From: Candidatus Micrarchaeota archaeon
Lineage (GTDB): Archaea; Micrarchaeota; Micrarchaeia; Micrarchaeales; CABMGC01
Reading direction: 5' to 3'
DNA length: 64,000 nt
Assembly (NCBI GenBank): GCA_021797745.1
Contig: JAJZZD010000004.1
Span: forward strand, 5,003 to 69,002
The notes beneath the pieces were generated by a model. That model was given only the letters and a program-made list of their open reading frames with translations. It did no database searches and was not told the origin of the DNA. Made by a program: the position numbers and the translations under genes. This document shows positions 9,420 through 18,007 of this stretch, one piece after another. The stretch's first letter is position 1. Every line of letters starts with the position of its first letter.

Positions 9420-9545
9420 ATGCAGAGGAACGTAAAGAAGAGGCACAGGAAGGTCGGGAAGGCATACAGGAAGAGGGCAGCGGCAAAACTTGCAAAAGTC
9501 GCAAGGAAAAGGCTCAAGCAGATGAAAAGAATGCACGTCAGATGA
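9420..9545 (+). CDS. Candidate very small, highly basic protein (41 aa), not in the ORF track
   Basis: My own translation gives MQRNVKKRHRKVGKAYRKRAAAKLAKVARKRLKQMKRMHVR, with ATG at 9420 and TGA at 9543-9545. GTGAT sits 4 nt upstream of the ATG. The ORF fills an otherwise empty gap. Confidence 0.4.
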   Translation: MQRNVKKRHRKVGKAYRKRAAAKLAKVARKRLKQMKRMHVR

Positions 9546-9547
9546 AT

Positions 9548-10144
9548 TTAGGCAAGGTTGTTGAACATCTTGTCGTTGAATTCATAGGCTGCGAGGTTTT
9601 CGTCCTTGCCTATTCCAAGCGCGCCTAGCAGTTTTTCCTTGCTTGAAAACTTCTTTATGCCCTTTTCCAGGTCTGCATATATTATCTTGTCCTTGTACTC
9701 ACAGTAAACGCCCAGCGTTCTCTTCGTGTCGTTGATTGTTATTATTGTTTTTGAAGAAATGTTGCCTAGCGCTATTAGCACGCTGCAAAGCAGATTCGCT
9801 TTGTCGAAAGCGTCGCCTGCGCCTATCTCCAGGGTCTGTTCCGGCAAAAGCCAGAACTGCACGGGAAGAGTGACTGTAGCTATTTGCGTCGATACTTGCT
9901 CAAACGCTGTTTTGAGGGCTACTTCAAAGTTCTTTTCGTAATCATAATGGGGCATTTCTGATTTTACCTTGCCGGCCAGGGCAAGAACCGCTTTGTTGTC
10001 AGGCAGAATAAGCTTGGGCAGCTCGGCCGCATACACGTTTTCTTTTTCCTCGATGTAGCTCTTGTATTTCATGATTATTGCTAGGTAAAGCTTGTTGTAT
10101 ATGCTCAGCTCTTCCGGGCTTTCAGAACCGGTTTTTTCTTCCAT
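9548..10144 (-). CDS. Hypothetical protein (possible degenerate transglutaminase-like core)
   Basis: 198-aa ORF. GDAFDKANLLCSVLIALG resembles the Cys box of transglutaminase-like proteins, but no His/Asp partners are evident. Confidence 0.4.
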   Translation of the reverse strand: MEEKTGSESPEELSIYNKLYLAIIMKYKSYIEEKENVYAAELPKLILPDNKAVLALAGKVKSEMPHYDYEKNFEVALKTAFEQVSTQIATVTLPVQFWLLPEQTLEIGAGDAFDKANLLCSVLIALGNISSKTIITINDTKRTLGVYCEYKDKIIYADLEKGIKKFSSKEKLLGALGIGKDENLAAYEFNDKMFNNLA

Positions 10145-10234
10145 CGTATTCTAAGATAGTATTAGCATCAAAAGCACTATTACCTTTTGCATTTAAGATT
10201 TGACAGCAGAATTGGCCAAGTAGCGAAATGTTTT

Positions 10235-11521
10235 TCACGGTCTTAACCTGTTCCTGTCTCTTGGAAACAGGGCGCACTCCCTTATGTTCTTTGCACCGGT
10301 GATTCGCATCGCGAATCTTTCCATGCCTATGCTCCAGCCTGCATGTGGCGGAGCTCCTAGCCTGAATGCAGAAATGTACGACTCGAAGTCTTTCGGATTA
10401 AGCCCTTTGCTCTCCAGGGATTTTATAAGCACGTCGGGTTTGTTTATTCTCTGTGACCCGCTGCTTATTTCCAGCCCTTTGTATATGAAGTCATAGCTGT
10501 CGCACAGCTCAGTTCCCTCTATCGGCATTGAGTAAAATGCCCTTAGCGCCTTTGGAAATTTGGTGACAAGGACTGCGTCGCCATATATTTCGGCTATTGC
10601 CTCTTCGTGCTCCCTCGAAATGTCGTGACCAAATTCTATCTTATGCCCTTTCTTTTGCAGGACTTTAATCAAATCAGTGTACGTGACTTTTTTAACGTTG
10701 GGAACTTTCAAATCTGTTTTCAGATTTTCCAAATCTTCCCCGTTCTTCTTGATCACTTCTTTTATAATATGCACAACGGTGTTTGACAGCACATCCATCG
10801 CATCTTCCGCGTTCGCAAAGCCCATTTCTACATCCATCTGCGTGGATTCTGCCAAGTGGAATACAGTGTTTGATTTCTCGGCACGGAATACTGGCATTAT
10901 CATTATTACCTTGTCCATTCCGCCTATTATGGCGAGCTGCTTGTAAAGCTGCGGCGACTGCGCGAGAAACGCGTTCTTTTCGAAATATTGAACTGGGAAA
11001 AGGTCTGAACCTCCTTCGCTTGATTCTCCTATTATCGACGGAGTTCTTATCTGCTGAAAGCCCATTTCGGCAAGATAGTTTATGAAAGATTGGAGCACTG
11101 TCGCTTCTATGCTGAAAATAGACTTTGTTTCCAATCTTCTGAGGTCTATGCACCTGTTGTTTAACCTAACGTCTATGTCTGCAGGGACCTTGCCCGTTAC
11201 TTCAAAAGGAATGGGCGCGGACAGCGGATTCAGATTCGTTATCTCAATTGGAATTATCTCGAATCCCTTCTTCGCTTCCTTGTTCTCCTGCACAATCCCC
11301 TTAACGGCAATTACGCTTTCTTTCGGCAAGGACATCTGTTTTATTATTTTGTCTTCTGCATTTCCCTTCTTACCGATAATCTGAACTAAGCCGGTTCTAT
11401 CTCTCAGTATAAGGAAGGTTATCTTAGAGGTTTCGCGGACTTCATGCACCCAGCCTGCAAGTGTAACTTCTTTGCCTGACATACCTGCATTCAGTTCTCC
11501 GGCATAGTGGCTTCTTAGCAT
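10235..11521 (-). CDS. aspS: Aspartyl-tRNA synthetase, archaeal type
   Basis: N-terminal OB fold, class II motif 2 (FRAEKSNT) and motif 3 (GAPPHAGWSIGMERF). Confidence 0.9.
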   Translation of the reverse strand: MLRSHYAGELNAGMSGKEVTLAGWVHEVRETSKITFLILRDRTGLVQIIGKKGNAEDKIIKQMSLPKESVIAVKGIVQENKEAKKGFEIIPIEITNLNPLSAPIPFEVTGKVPADIDVRLNNRCIDLRRLETKSIFSIEATVLQSFINYLAEMGFQQIRTPSIIGESSEGGSDLFPVQYFEKNAFLAQSPQLYKQLAIIGGMDKVIMIMPVFRAEKSNTVFHLAESTQMDVEMGFANAEDAMDVLSNTVVHIIKEVIKKNGEDLENLKTDLKVPNVKKVTYTDLIKVLQKKGHKIEFGHDISREHEEAIAEIYGDAVLVTKFPKALRAFYSMPIEGTELCDSYDFIYKGLEISSGSQRINKPDVLIKSLESKGLNPKDFESYISAFRLGAPPHAGWSIGMERFAMRITGAKNIRECALFPRDRNRLRP

Positions 11522-11647
11522 TTAATCCATGTAGTTTCTCTATTCAGCAATAAAAACCTATCTCAGAGCGTGCGAGCTACAGATTCTCAGAAAAGTATAA
11601 AAACAGCAACACCGTAGGTTCTGAATAATTTTTGAAAGGATGAGCAT

Positions 11648-12397
11648 ATGATTAGGATAGTTGTATCATGCATGGACCGTAGGTTGAATAAGTACCTGGA
11701 CGAAAAATACAACGATAGTAATACGATATTTGTCCGCAATGCAGGATGCAATATTGAAAGCATACTAGGAACATTGCGTAGCATAATCAGCAATGAAGAT
11801 GTCAAAGACATAATATTGGTACCGCACAACGACTGCGGGGCAATGAAATATGTATATGGCGTGTTAAAAGAAAACAAGCCGACAGAAAAGGAGTGGCATG
11901 CCAGTCTGATACGCGAATTCGAGAAAATACCTTTTTCCAGTGCGGATGAACTCGACGTCAAGAATTACGCACTGCAGCAGGAAAGCGCAGAAAAGTATTT
12001 TTCAAAAAGCGTGAAGCTGATCAGTACAGAAAATGCAACTGTGGAAAAATCAGTAGGAACAGGAAAGCACATTCTGGTGATTGCTAAGGCAGGCAGGTCA
12101 AAATATGGCGAAATTGCAGATCAGATAAATGCCAACAGCAAAGGCGAGGAAAAAATAGAATTGAGTGAATGCTATTTCATACAAGCAAACGGATACGACG
12201 AAATTTCCCCCGACATTACGATAGCCGTAAGGAAATTAGGAATAACAGACATAGTAATATATTCAAATGGCACGGACGAAGACAGACAAATGCTAGAAAT
12301 CAAGAAGAAAATGAAAATTCACTATTCAGACCAAGGGCTCAACATAGAGATTGTGTCAAACAGGCATCGAATGCAGCATCCTGTTAAGGCACTGTAA
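11648..12397 (+). CDS. Beta-carbonic-anhydrase-like N-domain protein with an uncharacterised C-terminal half
   Basis: SCMDRR (C-x-D-x-R) and VPHNDCGAM (H-x-x-C-G) reproduce the beta-CA zinc-ligand signature within the first ~75 aa. Confidence 0.45.
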   Translation: MIRIVVSCMDRRLNKYLDEKYNDSNTIFVRNAGCNIESILGTLRSIISNEDVKDIILVPHNDCGAMKYVYGVLKENKPTEKEWHASLIREFEKIPFSSADELDVKNYALQQESAEKYFSKSVKLISTENATVEKSVGTGKHILVIAKAGRSKYGEIADQINANSKGEEKIELSECYFIQANGYDEISPDITIAVRKLGITDIVIYSNGTDEDRQMLEIKKKMKIHYSDQGLNIEIVSNRHRMQHPVKAL

Positions 12398-12412
12398 TTA
12401 TATCGGGAATGT

Positions 12413-13108
12413 CTACTTTTTCTTTTCGACCCTTACTGTGAACCTGTCTTTTACAATTATCCTGCCCCTTCCTCTGCATGTTCGGCACACGTTCTCGTAG
12501 ACTTTGCCTCTCCCTCCGCATCGCTCGCATGTTGTTATAGCGTTGAACCTTCCGAATATGGTGTTCTGCTGGACGTGTCTCCTGCCTGTGCCGTTGCATA
12601 CGCTGCACTTGACCACTTTTGAGCCGGGCTCTCCGCCGCTGCCTTTGCAATTAGGGCATACTTCGTAATGCTGCACTTCGTATTCCTTGCTTGCTCCTTT
12701 GTTTATTTCGTCGAAAGTCAGCTGTATGTTCACTGCGTCGCTTTCCCTGCTTTGGCCGAATCCTCCGCCCCCTCCGCCGAACATGTCCTGGAAAAACGGG
12801 TTGTCGCCGAAATCGAAGTTTATGCCCATATTCTTGAATACGCTCTCGAAATCGAAATTCTTGAAAATATCCTCAGGCGAGTAGTATCTGTTGAACTGGT
12901 CGGAGCCGAGCGTGTCGTACTGCTGCCTTTTCTGAGGGTCGCTCAGAACGGCGTAGGCTTCGTTTACTTTTTTGAAAATTTCCTCTGCGTCTTTCGACTT
13001 GTTACGGTCAGGATGGTATTTCATAGCAAGCTCGCGGTAAGCCCTTTTTATTTCATCAATGCTAGCCGTCTTGCTTACGCCTAGTATCTTGTAGTAATCT
13101 TCTGCCAT
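12413..13108 (-). CDS. dnaJ: DnaJ-type co-chaperone, short form
   Basis: J domain with HPD (KYHPDRNK), a Gly-rich linker and four CxxCxGxG zinc-finger repeats. The protein ends ~15 aa after the fourth repeat, so the usual C-terminal domain II is absent. Likely start is MAEDYY at 13108. Confidence 0.85.
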   Translation of the reverse strand: MAEDYYKILGVSKTASIDEIKRAYRELAMKYHPDRNKSKDAEEIFKKVNEAYAVLSDPQKRQQYDTLGSDQFNRYYSPEDIFKNFDFESVFKNMGINFDFGDNPFFQDMFGGGGGGFGQSRESDAVNIQLTFDEINKGASKEYEVQHYEVCPNCKGSGGEPGSKVVKCSVCNGTGRRHVQQNTIFGRFNAITTCERCGGRGKVYENVCRTCRGRGRIIVKDRFTVRVEKKK

Positions 13109-13177
13109 GCTCTTTCCATGCAATGTTTCTCTTTATATTTATTGTTGATTTGGATTTGCCCAGGTGTATCTAACCAG

Positions 13178-15025
13178 TTATGCTTGTTTATCTCCTGCAG
13201 TTGGACCGCTTTCCGGACCTTGCCCCATATCCGGCCCTGCGCCGGGACCCATGTCAGGCCCCTGCGGGCCTGCCTGGCCCTGTCCATATACACTTGAACC
13301 GGCTGCCTGCAGTGCATTTCTCAGGTTGTCGATTGCTGTTTTTATTTCTGTTTCGTTAGTTCCTTTGAGTGCATCCTCAAGCTTCTTTTGGTGCTGGCTT
13401 ATAGTATCGGCTATGTCTGCGGGTATCTTGTCCTTATAGTCATTCAGCATCTTTTTGGTAGTATATACAAGAGTCTCTCCGTCGTTCTTAGTCTGCGCAA
13501 ATTCCAATTCTGCCTTATCCTGAGCTGCAAATTCCTCTGCGCTCTGAACCTTTTTATCTATTTCATCTCTTGTCATCTTATTAGGTGCGACTACCTGAAG
13601 TGTCTGCGCTTTCCCGGTTTTCTTGTCCGTAGCAGTAACATGCAGTATGCCGTTCGCATCTATGTCGAAAGTGACTTCTATCTGAGGCAGTCCTCTTGGC
13701 GCAGGAAGCAAGCCAGTGAGCGTGAACTGACCGAGAGAAACGTTATCTTTTGCCATCGCCCTCTCGCCCTGAAGTATGTGTATATCTACCGCCTGCTGGT
13801 TATCTTCTGCAGTAGAAAATATCTGTGATTTGCGTATTGGGACTGTTGTGTTCCTAGGAATCAATACTGTCGATATTCCGCCAAGTGTTTCTATGCCAAG
13901 CGAAAGCGGTGTTACATCAAGAAGTACAAGGTCTTTTACTTCACCTGTAAGAACGCCTGCCTGTATAGCTGCTCCGAAAGCCACTGCTTCCATTGGGTCA
14001 ACTCCGCGTTCTATCTTTTTTCCGAGAAGCTGCTCAACGAAACGTTGCACTATCGGCATGCGCGTAGGGCCGCCTATTAGAACTATCTTGTTTATGTCTT
14101 TGGGCTCGACTTTTGCATCTTTAAGTGCCTGCAACATAGGAATGCGCGTTTTTTCAACAATAGGGAGTACCAGTTCCTCTAGCTTGGCCCTTGTCAAATC
14201 GTATGTGAAATTTATCGGCTTGTTGCTCTTGTCGGCGCCTATGAACGGCAGGTTTATCTGGCTGGTTAGCGTAGTAGAAAGCTCTATCTTGGCTTTCTCT
14301 CCGGCTTCTCTTATTCTCTGCATCGCCTGAATGTCATTGCTCACGTCCACGCCGTGCTTTGTCTTTATTTCATTCTTGAGAAATTCCACTATAGTGTTGT
14401 CCATGTCAGTTCCGCCCAATTGGGTGTCTCCGCTTGTAGCTTTGACTTCGAACACTCCACCGCCAAACTCCATTATCGTAACGTCAAGAGTTCCGCCTCC
14501 GAAATCATACACTATTATCTTTTCTTCGTTGTTTGCTTTGTCAAGCCCGTAGGCAAGCGCGGCAGCCGTCGGTTCGTTCACGAGCCTAACTACCTCAAGC
14601 CCGGCAATCTCTCCTGCATCCTTAACTGCCTGCCTTTGATTGTCGTTGGCATAAGCAGGCACTGTGATAACTGCCTGTTTCACTTCTTCTCCCAAAAATG
14701 CCTCTGCATCGCGCTTTATCTTTTGAAGAAGGAATGCTGAAAGTTCCTGAGGCCTGTATTCTTTCCCGTGTATTTTGTATTTATAATCAGTGCCCATCTT
14801 CCTCTTGAATGCAGTTATCGTCCCTTCCGGATTTGCCACCGCTTGCCTTCTCGCCGGCTCTCCTGTTAGCATCTGACCGTCCTTTGTGAACGCGACATAG
14901 CTAGGAAATGACTTACCGTAAAGAGAAGCGCCTTCTGCACTTGGCACAAGCACAGGTCTTCCACCCTGCAAAACTGCAGCGGCAGAGTTTGATGTACCCA
15001 AATCGATTCCTATTATTTTAGACAT
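13178..15025 (-). CDS. dnaK: Hsp70 chaperone DnaK
   Basis: [24 protein letters not shown] and the full-length Hsp70 architecture. Confidence 0.95.
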   Translation of the reverse strand: MSKIIGIDLGTSNSAAAVLQGGRPVLVPSAEGASLYGKSFPSYVAFTKDGQMLTGEPARRQAVANPEGTITAFKRKMGTDYKYKIHGKEYRPQELSAFLLQKIKRDAEAFLGEEVKQAVITVPAYANDNQRQAVKDAGEIAGLEVVRLVNEPTAAALAYGLDKANNEEKIIVYDFGGGTLDVTIMEFGGGVFEVKATSGDTQLGGTDMDNTIVEFLKNEIKTKHGVDVSNDIQAMQRIREAGEKAKIELSTTLTSQINLPFIGADKSNKPINFTYDLTRAKLEELVLPIVEKTRIPMLQALKDAKVEPKDINKIVLIGGPTRMPIVQRFVEQLLGKKIERGVDPMEAVAFGAAIQAGVLTGEVKDLVLLDVTPLSLGIETLGGISTVLIPRNTTVPIRKSQIFSTAEDNQQAVDIHILQGERAMAKDNVSLGQFTLTGLLPAPRGLPQIEVTFDIDANGILHVTATDKKTGKAQTLQVVAPNKMTRDEIDKKVQSAEEFAAQDKAELEFAQTKNDGETLVYTTKKMLNDYKDKIPADIADTISQHQKKLEDALKGTNETEIKTAIDNLRNALQAAGSSVYGQGQAGPQGPDMGPGAGPDMGQGPESGPTAGDKQA

Positions 15026-15098
15026 GTTTTCACCTTTTGTTCTTTTTTAGATTTTTCTTTTTTTTCTTTCAAATCATTTTTTGTTTTTTTACTCAGCA

Positions 15099-15686
15099 CT
15101 ATTTTTCTTCTGATTTACCGTTTGACACAATCACTGATGCAGGTCTTAGCATTATGTCGTTGAATGTGTAGCCTTTTCTTATTACCTCGATTATGTTTCC
15201 TTCCTGCTCCTTGCTGTTTTTTGTAAGCACGATCTCGTGCTTGTACGGGTCGTACTTGCCTTTTGCTTCTATTTCCTTCAGCCCCGCGCTTTTTAGCGCG
15301 TCAGTTATGTTTGAAAAAACCAATTCAACGCCTTTTGCATTGCGCGAATCGAATTTGTTATCGTCAAATGCATTAAGCGCAAGCTCGAATTCGTCCAGTG
15401 ACGGAAGGAGCTTACTTGCAAGTTCTGCCTTTCCTAGATTTTTCAGTAATTCTGAATCTTTTGCAACTTTTTTCTTGTAATTGTCGAATTCTGCGGCGAG
15501 CCTCAGCAATCTGTCCTTCAAATCTGCAATCTCTTTTTCCGGGTTTGGATTCGCCCCTTCGGCTGATTGTTGTTTTTCATCTTGTACGAGATTTTCCCCT
15601 TTGCCTTTCGAACCGTTGTCCTTGTTTTCCGGTTGCTGCGGTTTAGTGCTGTTCTGATTTTCTTTTTCGTCTGCCATAAAGTTCAC
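15099..15686 (-). CDS. grpE: Nucleotide exchange factor GrpE
   Basis: Coiled-coil region plus C-terminal GKYDPYKHEIV...GYTFNDIMLRPASV. Positioned upstream of dnaK. Confidence 0.85.
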   Translation of the reverse strand: MNFMADEKENQNSTKPQQPENKDNGSKGKGENLVQDEKQQSAEGANPNPEKEIADLKDRLLRLAAEFDNYKKKVAKDSELLKNLGKAELASKLLPSLDEFELALNAFDDNKFDSRNAKGVELVFSNITDALKSAGLKEIEAKGKYDPYKHEIVLTKNSKEQEGNIIEVIRKGYTFNDIMLRPASVIVSNGKSEEK

Positions 15687-16077
15687 CTTCCATCATTTCG
15701 TCAAACCTTGACGCTATTTGCATCATCCGGTCAAATTCCCTCTGCATGTCAGCGCGTATCTCATCGAAAGTAGTAGAGAGGTCATTACCACGCAGGAAAT
15801 AACGGGTGCCTTTTCTTACAACAAGCCCTGAGCTTATGAACTCGTTTAGGTGGTAGATGATTGTACTCCTGGGTGTTTTAAGTTCCTGACTAAGGTGCTT
15901 GCTTGTGATTCCCTCACCTTTTATACTACTTAGTGCCAATCGTTCGAATAATTTAGGCTCGGTATCGTCGCTAGTTGAAAAGCCGAGCGCCGCGCAGAAC
16001 CATTCCGACAATGCGTTAACGTTTTCTTTGTCCGGCTTGTTAACTGACTTAAGCACTATCTTTTCTTCTCTTGTCAT
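15643..16077 (-). CDS. Winged-helix transcriptional regulator heading the grpE-dnaK-dnaJ operon
   Basis: KHLSQELKTPRSTIIYHLNEFISSGLVVRKGTRYFLRG is a wHTH segment. Its 3' end overlaps the grpE start region. Confidence 0.55.
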   Translation of the reverse strand: MTREEKIVLKSVNKPDKENVNALSEWFCAALGFSTSDDTEPKLFERLALSSIKGEGITSKHLSQELKTPRSTIIYHLNEFISSGLVVRKGTRYFLRGNDLSTTFDEIRADMQREFDRMMQIASRFDEMMEGELYGRRKRKSEQH

Positions 16078-16291
16078 GATGGTGTTATGACTTAATTAAT
16101 ATATAAATATTTGCTTTTTTTCAATAAAAAGTTGAATATTACAATATTTATTAAAATCTTTATTAATTCATTGGCAAATAACGCATAAAATGTGGTTTTA
16201 GGACTGTCGTTCTATGTTTGCACATATTTGATATTCCTGGATTTTTATGCATAACGTTTAATAATTTAGCAGACTATTCTTTTCGAATTCG

Positions 16292-17128
16292 ATGCAAATC
16301 AAGTGTGCTGTTTTGATCCTATCTTTGGTGCTGCCGGTAGCGTTTGCAAACGCCATGTACTTGCAGATAGAAGGTCCTATCAACGCGACACTGCAGCAAA
16401 ACGGCGCCATTAACCTTGGGAAGATAGGGCCAGGAGAGAGCTTTTACATTCTCGCTTCAGCAAATACCACAAATGCAAGCGGTGTGCTGATAAATAAGGG
16501 CTGGGACACGCTAGAGCCAGTTTCGCTTCCTGCTGGCTGGGTCGCACAGGCTTCTCCTCTTTATGAAAATCCAATGAAGATAAAGATAACTACTGCGTCA
16601 TTCACTCCAAATGGCACGTACACCATGACAATAAGGGCAGTAAATGTAGGAAATTATTCGAAACTTGGGAATTTGACCATAACTGCGTACATAAATGTGT
16701 CGACAAATGTTTTCACCGCAAGCGTCAGTCCGACAAATCTAACTGTGGGAGTTGGGCAACCAGGAGACTTGAATATAACAATAAACAACACTGGTGCTTC
16801 TGACGACCCATTCTTAATAAATGTAACCGGATTGCCGGCATGGAACAATCCTGTTGAGGTGATTGCTCCGCATGATAAGGTATCGCATTTTATTTATCAG
16901 GTATCGAGCAATGAGCCAGGACAGTACCCGTTTAATGTCACGATAAATTCCACTACAAGCGCGCTACTGCATACCACATTCAAGATAAGGCTTGCAGTGC
17001 AGGAAAGCGTGCTCAGTGATTACAACGCCACAGGGCAGGGGCTTTTGCTTTCTCCTGTAATATATGAGCCTGTTTATGCTCTGATGCAGTTTCTGAACTA
17101 CGTCTACAATTTAATAGCCGGCGTGTAA
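16292..17128 (+). CDS. Secreted sequon-rich protein
   Basis: N-terminal signal-like MQIKCAVLILSLVLPVAFANA, and many N-x-S/T sites. Confidence 0.55.
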   Translation: MQIKCAVLILSLVLPVAFANAMYLQIEGPINATLQQNGAINLGKIGPGESFYILASANTTNASGVLINKGWDTLEPVSLPAGWVAQASPLYENPMKIKITTASFTPNGTYTMTIRAVNVGNYSKLGNLTITAYINVSTNVFTASVSPTNLTVGVGQPGDLNITINNTGASDDPFLINVTGLPAWNNPVEVIAPHDKVSHFIYQVSSNEPGQYPFNVTINSTTSALLHTTFKIRLAVQESVLSDYNATGQGLLLSPVIYEPVYALMQFLNYVYNLIAGV

Positions 17129-17132
17129 TTTT

Positions 17133-17837
17133 ATGTCAGATACCAAGAAGAAAAAATCTGGGCAGAAGGCAGCTTACGTAAAGCTGGCTTCGCTGAGCGA
17201 CCTTTGCAGGCTTGCATGTGGATTCGACTACTCCACTGAAATGCTCATTTTGTCTAAGTTCAAAGGAGAGAACAGGCTTATGCTTCCTGGAGAAAGAATT
17301 GAAAATAACCTTATTTTGTACTATGTGAATGTGAAAGACAATGTCAATATAGTAAAATATATGCCACAGTCTGAAACGCATGAAGAAGAAGTGTCTTTTG
17401 CAAATGAAATAGAGCCAAGTGAAATCACGGGACAGCACGGAGTTTACTACATTCATGTATTGCATGTGGACCTGAGCAGGATAGATGAATGCAAAACAAT
17501 AGAAGAGAAAAAGATAAACCTGCTGAAAACTGGCGGAATTATAGATATAATAAAAGGTTCGATCCGTGATATCGAAAAAAACGAAAAGGTAGGCCACGTA
17601 TACTCATTCCAGTACAAGGGAAACACCATAGTAGGAGCATTCAACATACTAGAGGAATTCTGCGACGACAAGGATAATTTTTACTATGCAGTTGAGAAAA
17701 AAGGGACAAAAAATGCGTTCATAAGATACGACTACAAGACAGATAATGCAGAGTTTACCGACAAATTGGATGAACACACTTACATTTACATAAAGCTGAT
17801 AAATCTGGCTGAGCCATTTCCTTTTTTCAAGATGTAG
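17133..17837 (+). CDS. Hypothetical cytoplasmic protein
   Basis: 234-aa ORF starting 4 nt after the preceding stop. No motif recognised. Confidence 0.45.
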   Translation: MSDTKKKKSGQKAAYVKLASLSDLCRLACGFDYSTEMLILSKFKGENRLMLPGERIENNLILYYVNVKDNVNIVKYMPQSETHEEEVSFANEIEPSEITGQHGVYYIHVLHVDLSRIDECKTIEEKKINLLKTGGIIDIIKGSIRDIEKNEKVGHVYSFQYKGNTIVGAFNILEEFCDDKDNFYYAVEKKGTKNAFIRYDYKTDNAEFTDKLDEHTYIYIKLINLAEPFPFFKM

Positions 17838-17904
17838 TCAGAAACGCAGCTTATGCACACGTATTAAAAACAATTCAATCATAAGATAATGTCTGAAAAT
17901 AAAA

Positions 17905-17976
17905 GCCCTGATAGCTCAGTGGTAGAGCGACTGGCTGTTAACCAGTAGGTCGTCGGTTCAATCCCGACTCAGGGCG
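17905..17976 (+). tRNA. tRNA-Asn (GTT)
   Basis: Manual cloverleaf: acceptor GCCCTGA/TCAGGGC, anticodon loop CT-GTT-AA, T arm with GGTTCAATCC. No encoded CCA. Confidence 0.85.
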
Positions 17977-18007
17977 CATGTTCGTTTGACTTATTAGAGT
18001 GAAACAA

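Noticed and set aside
12384-12650. An Arg-rich 88-aa ORF overlapping the DnaJ zinc-finger region in another frame
   Set aside because: It is an alternative-frame artefact of the repetitive CxxCxGxG coding sequence. DnaJ explains the locus.
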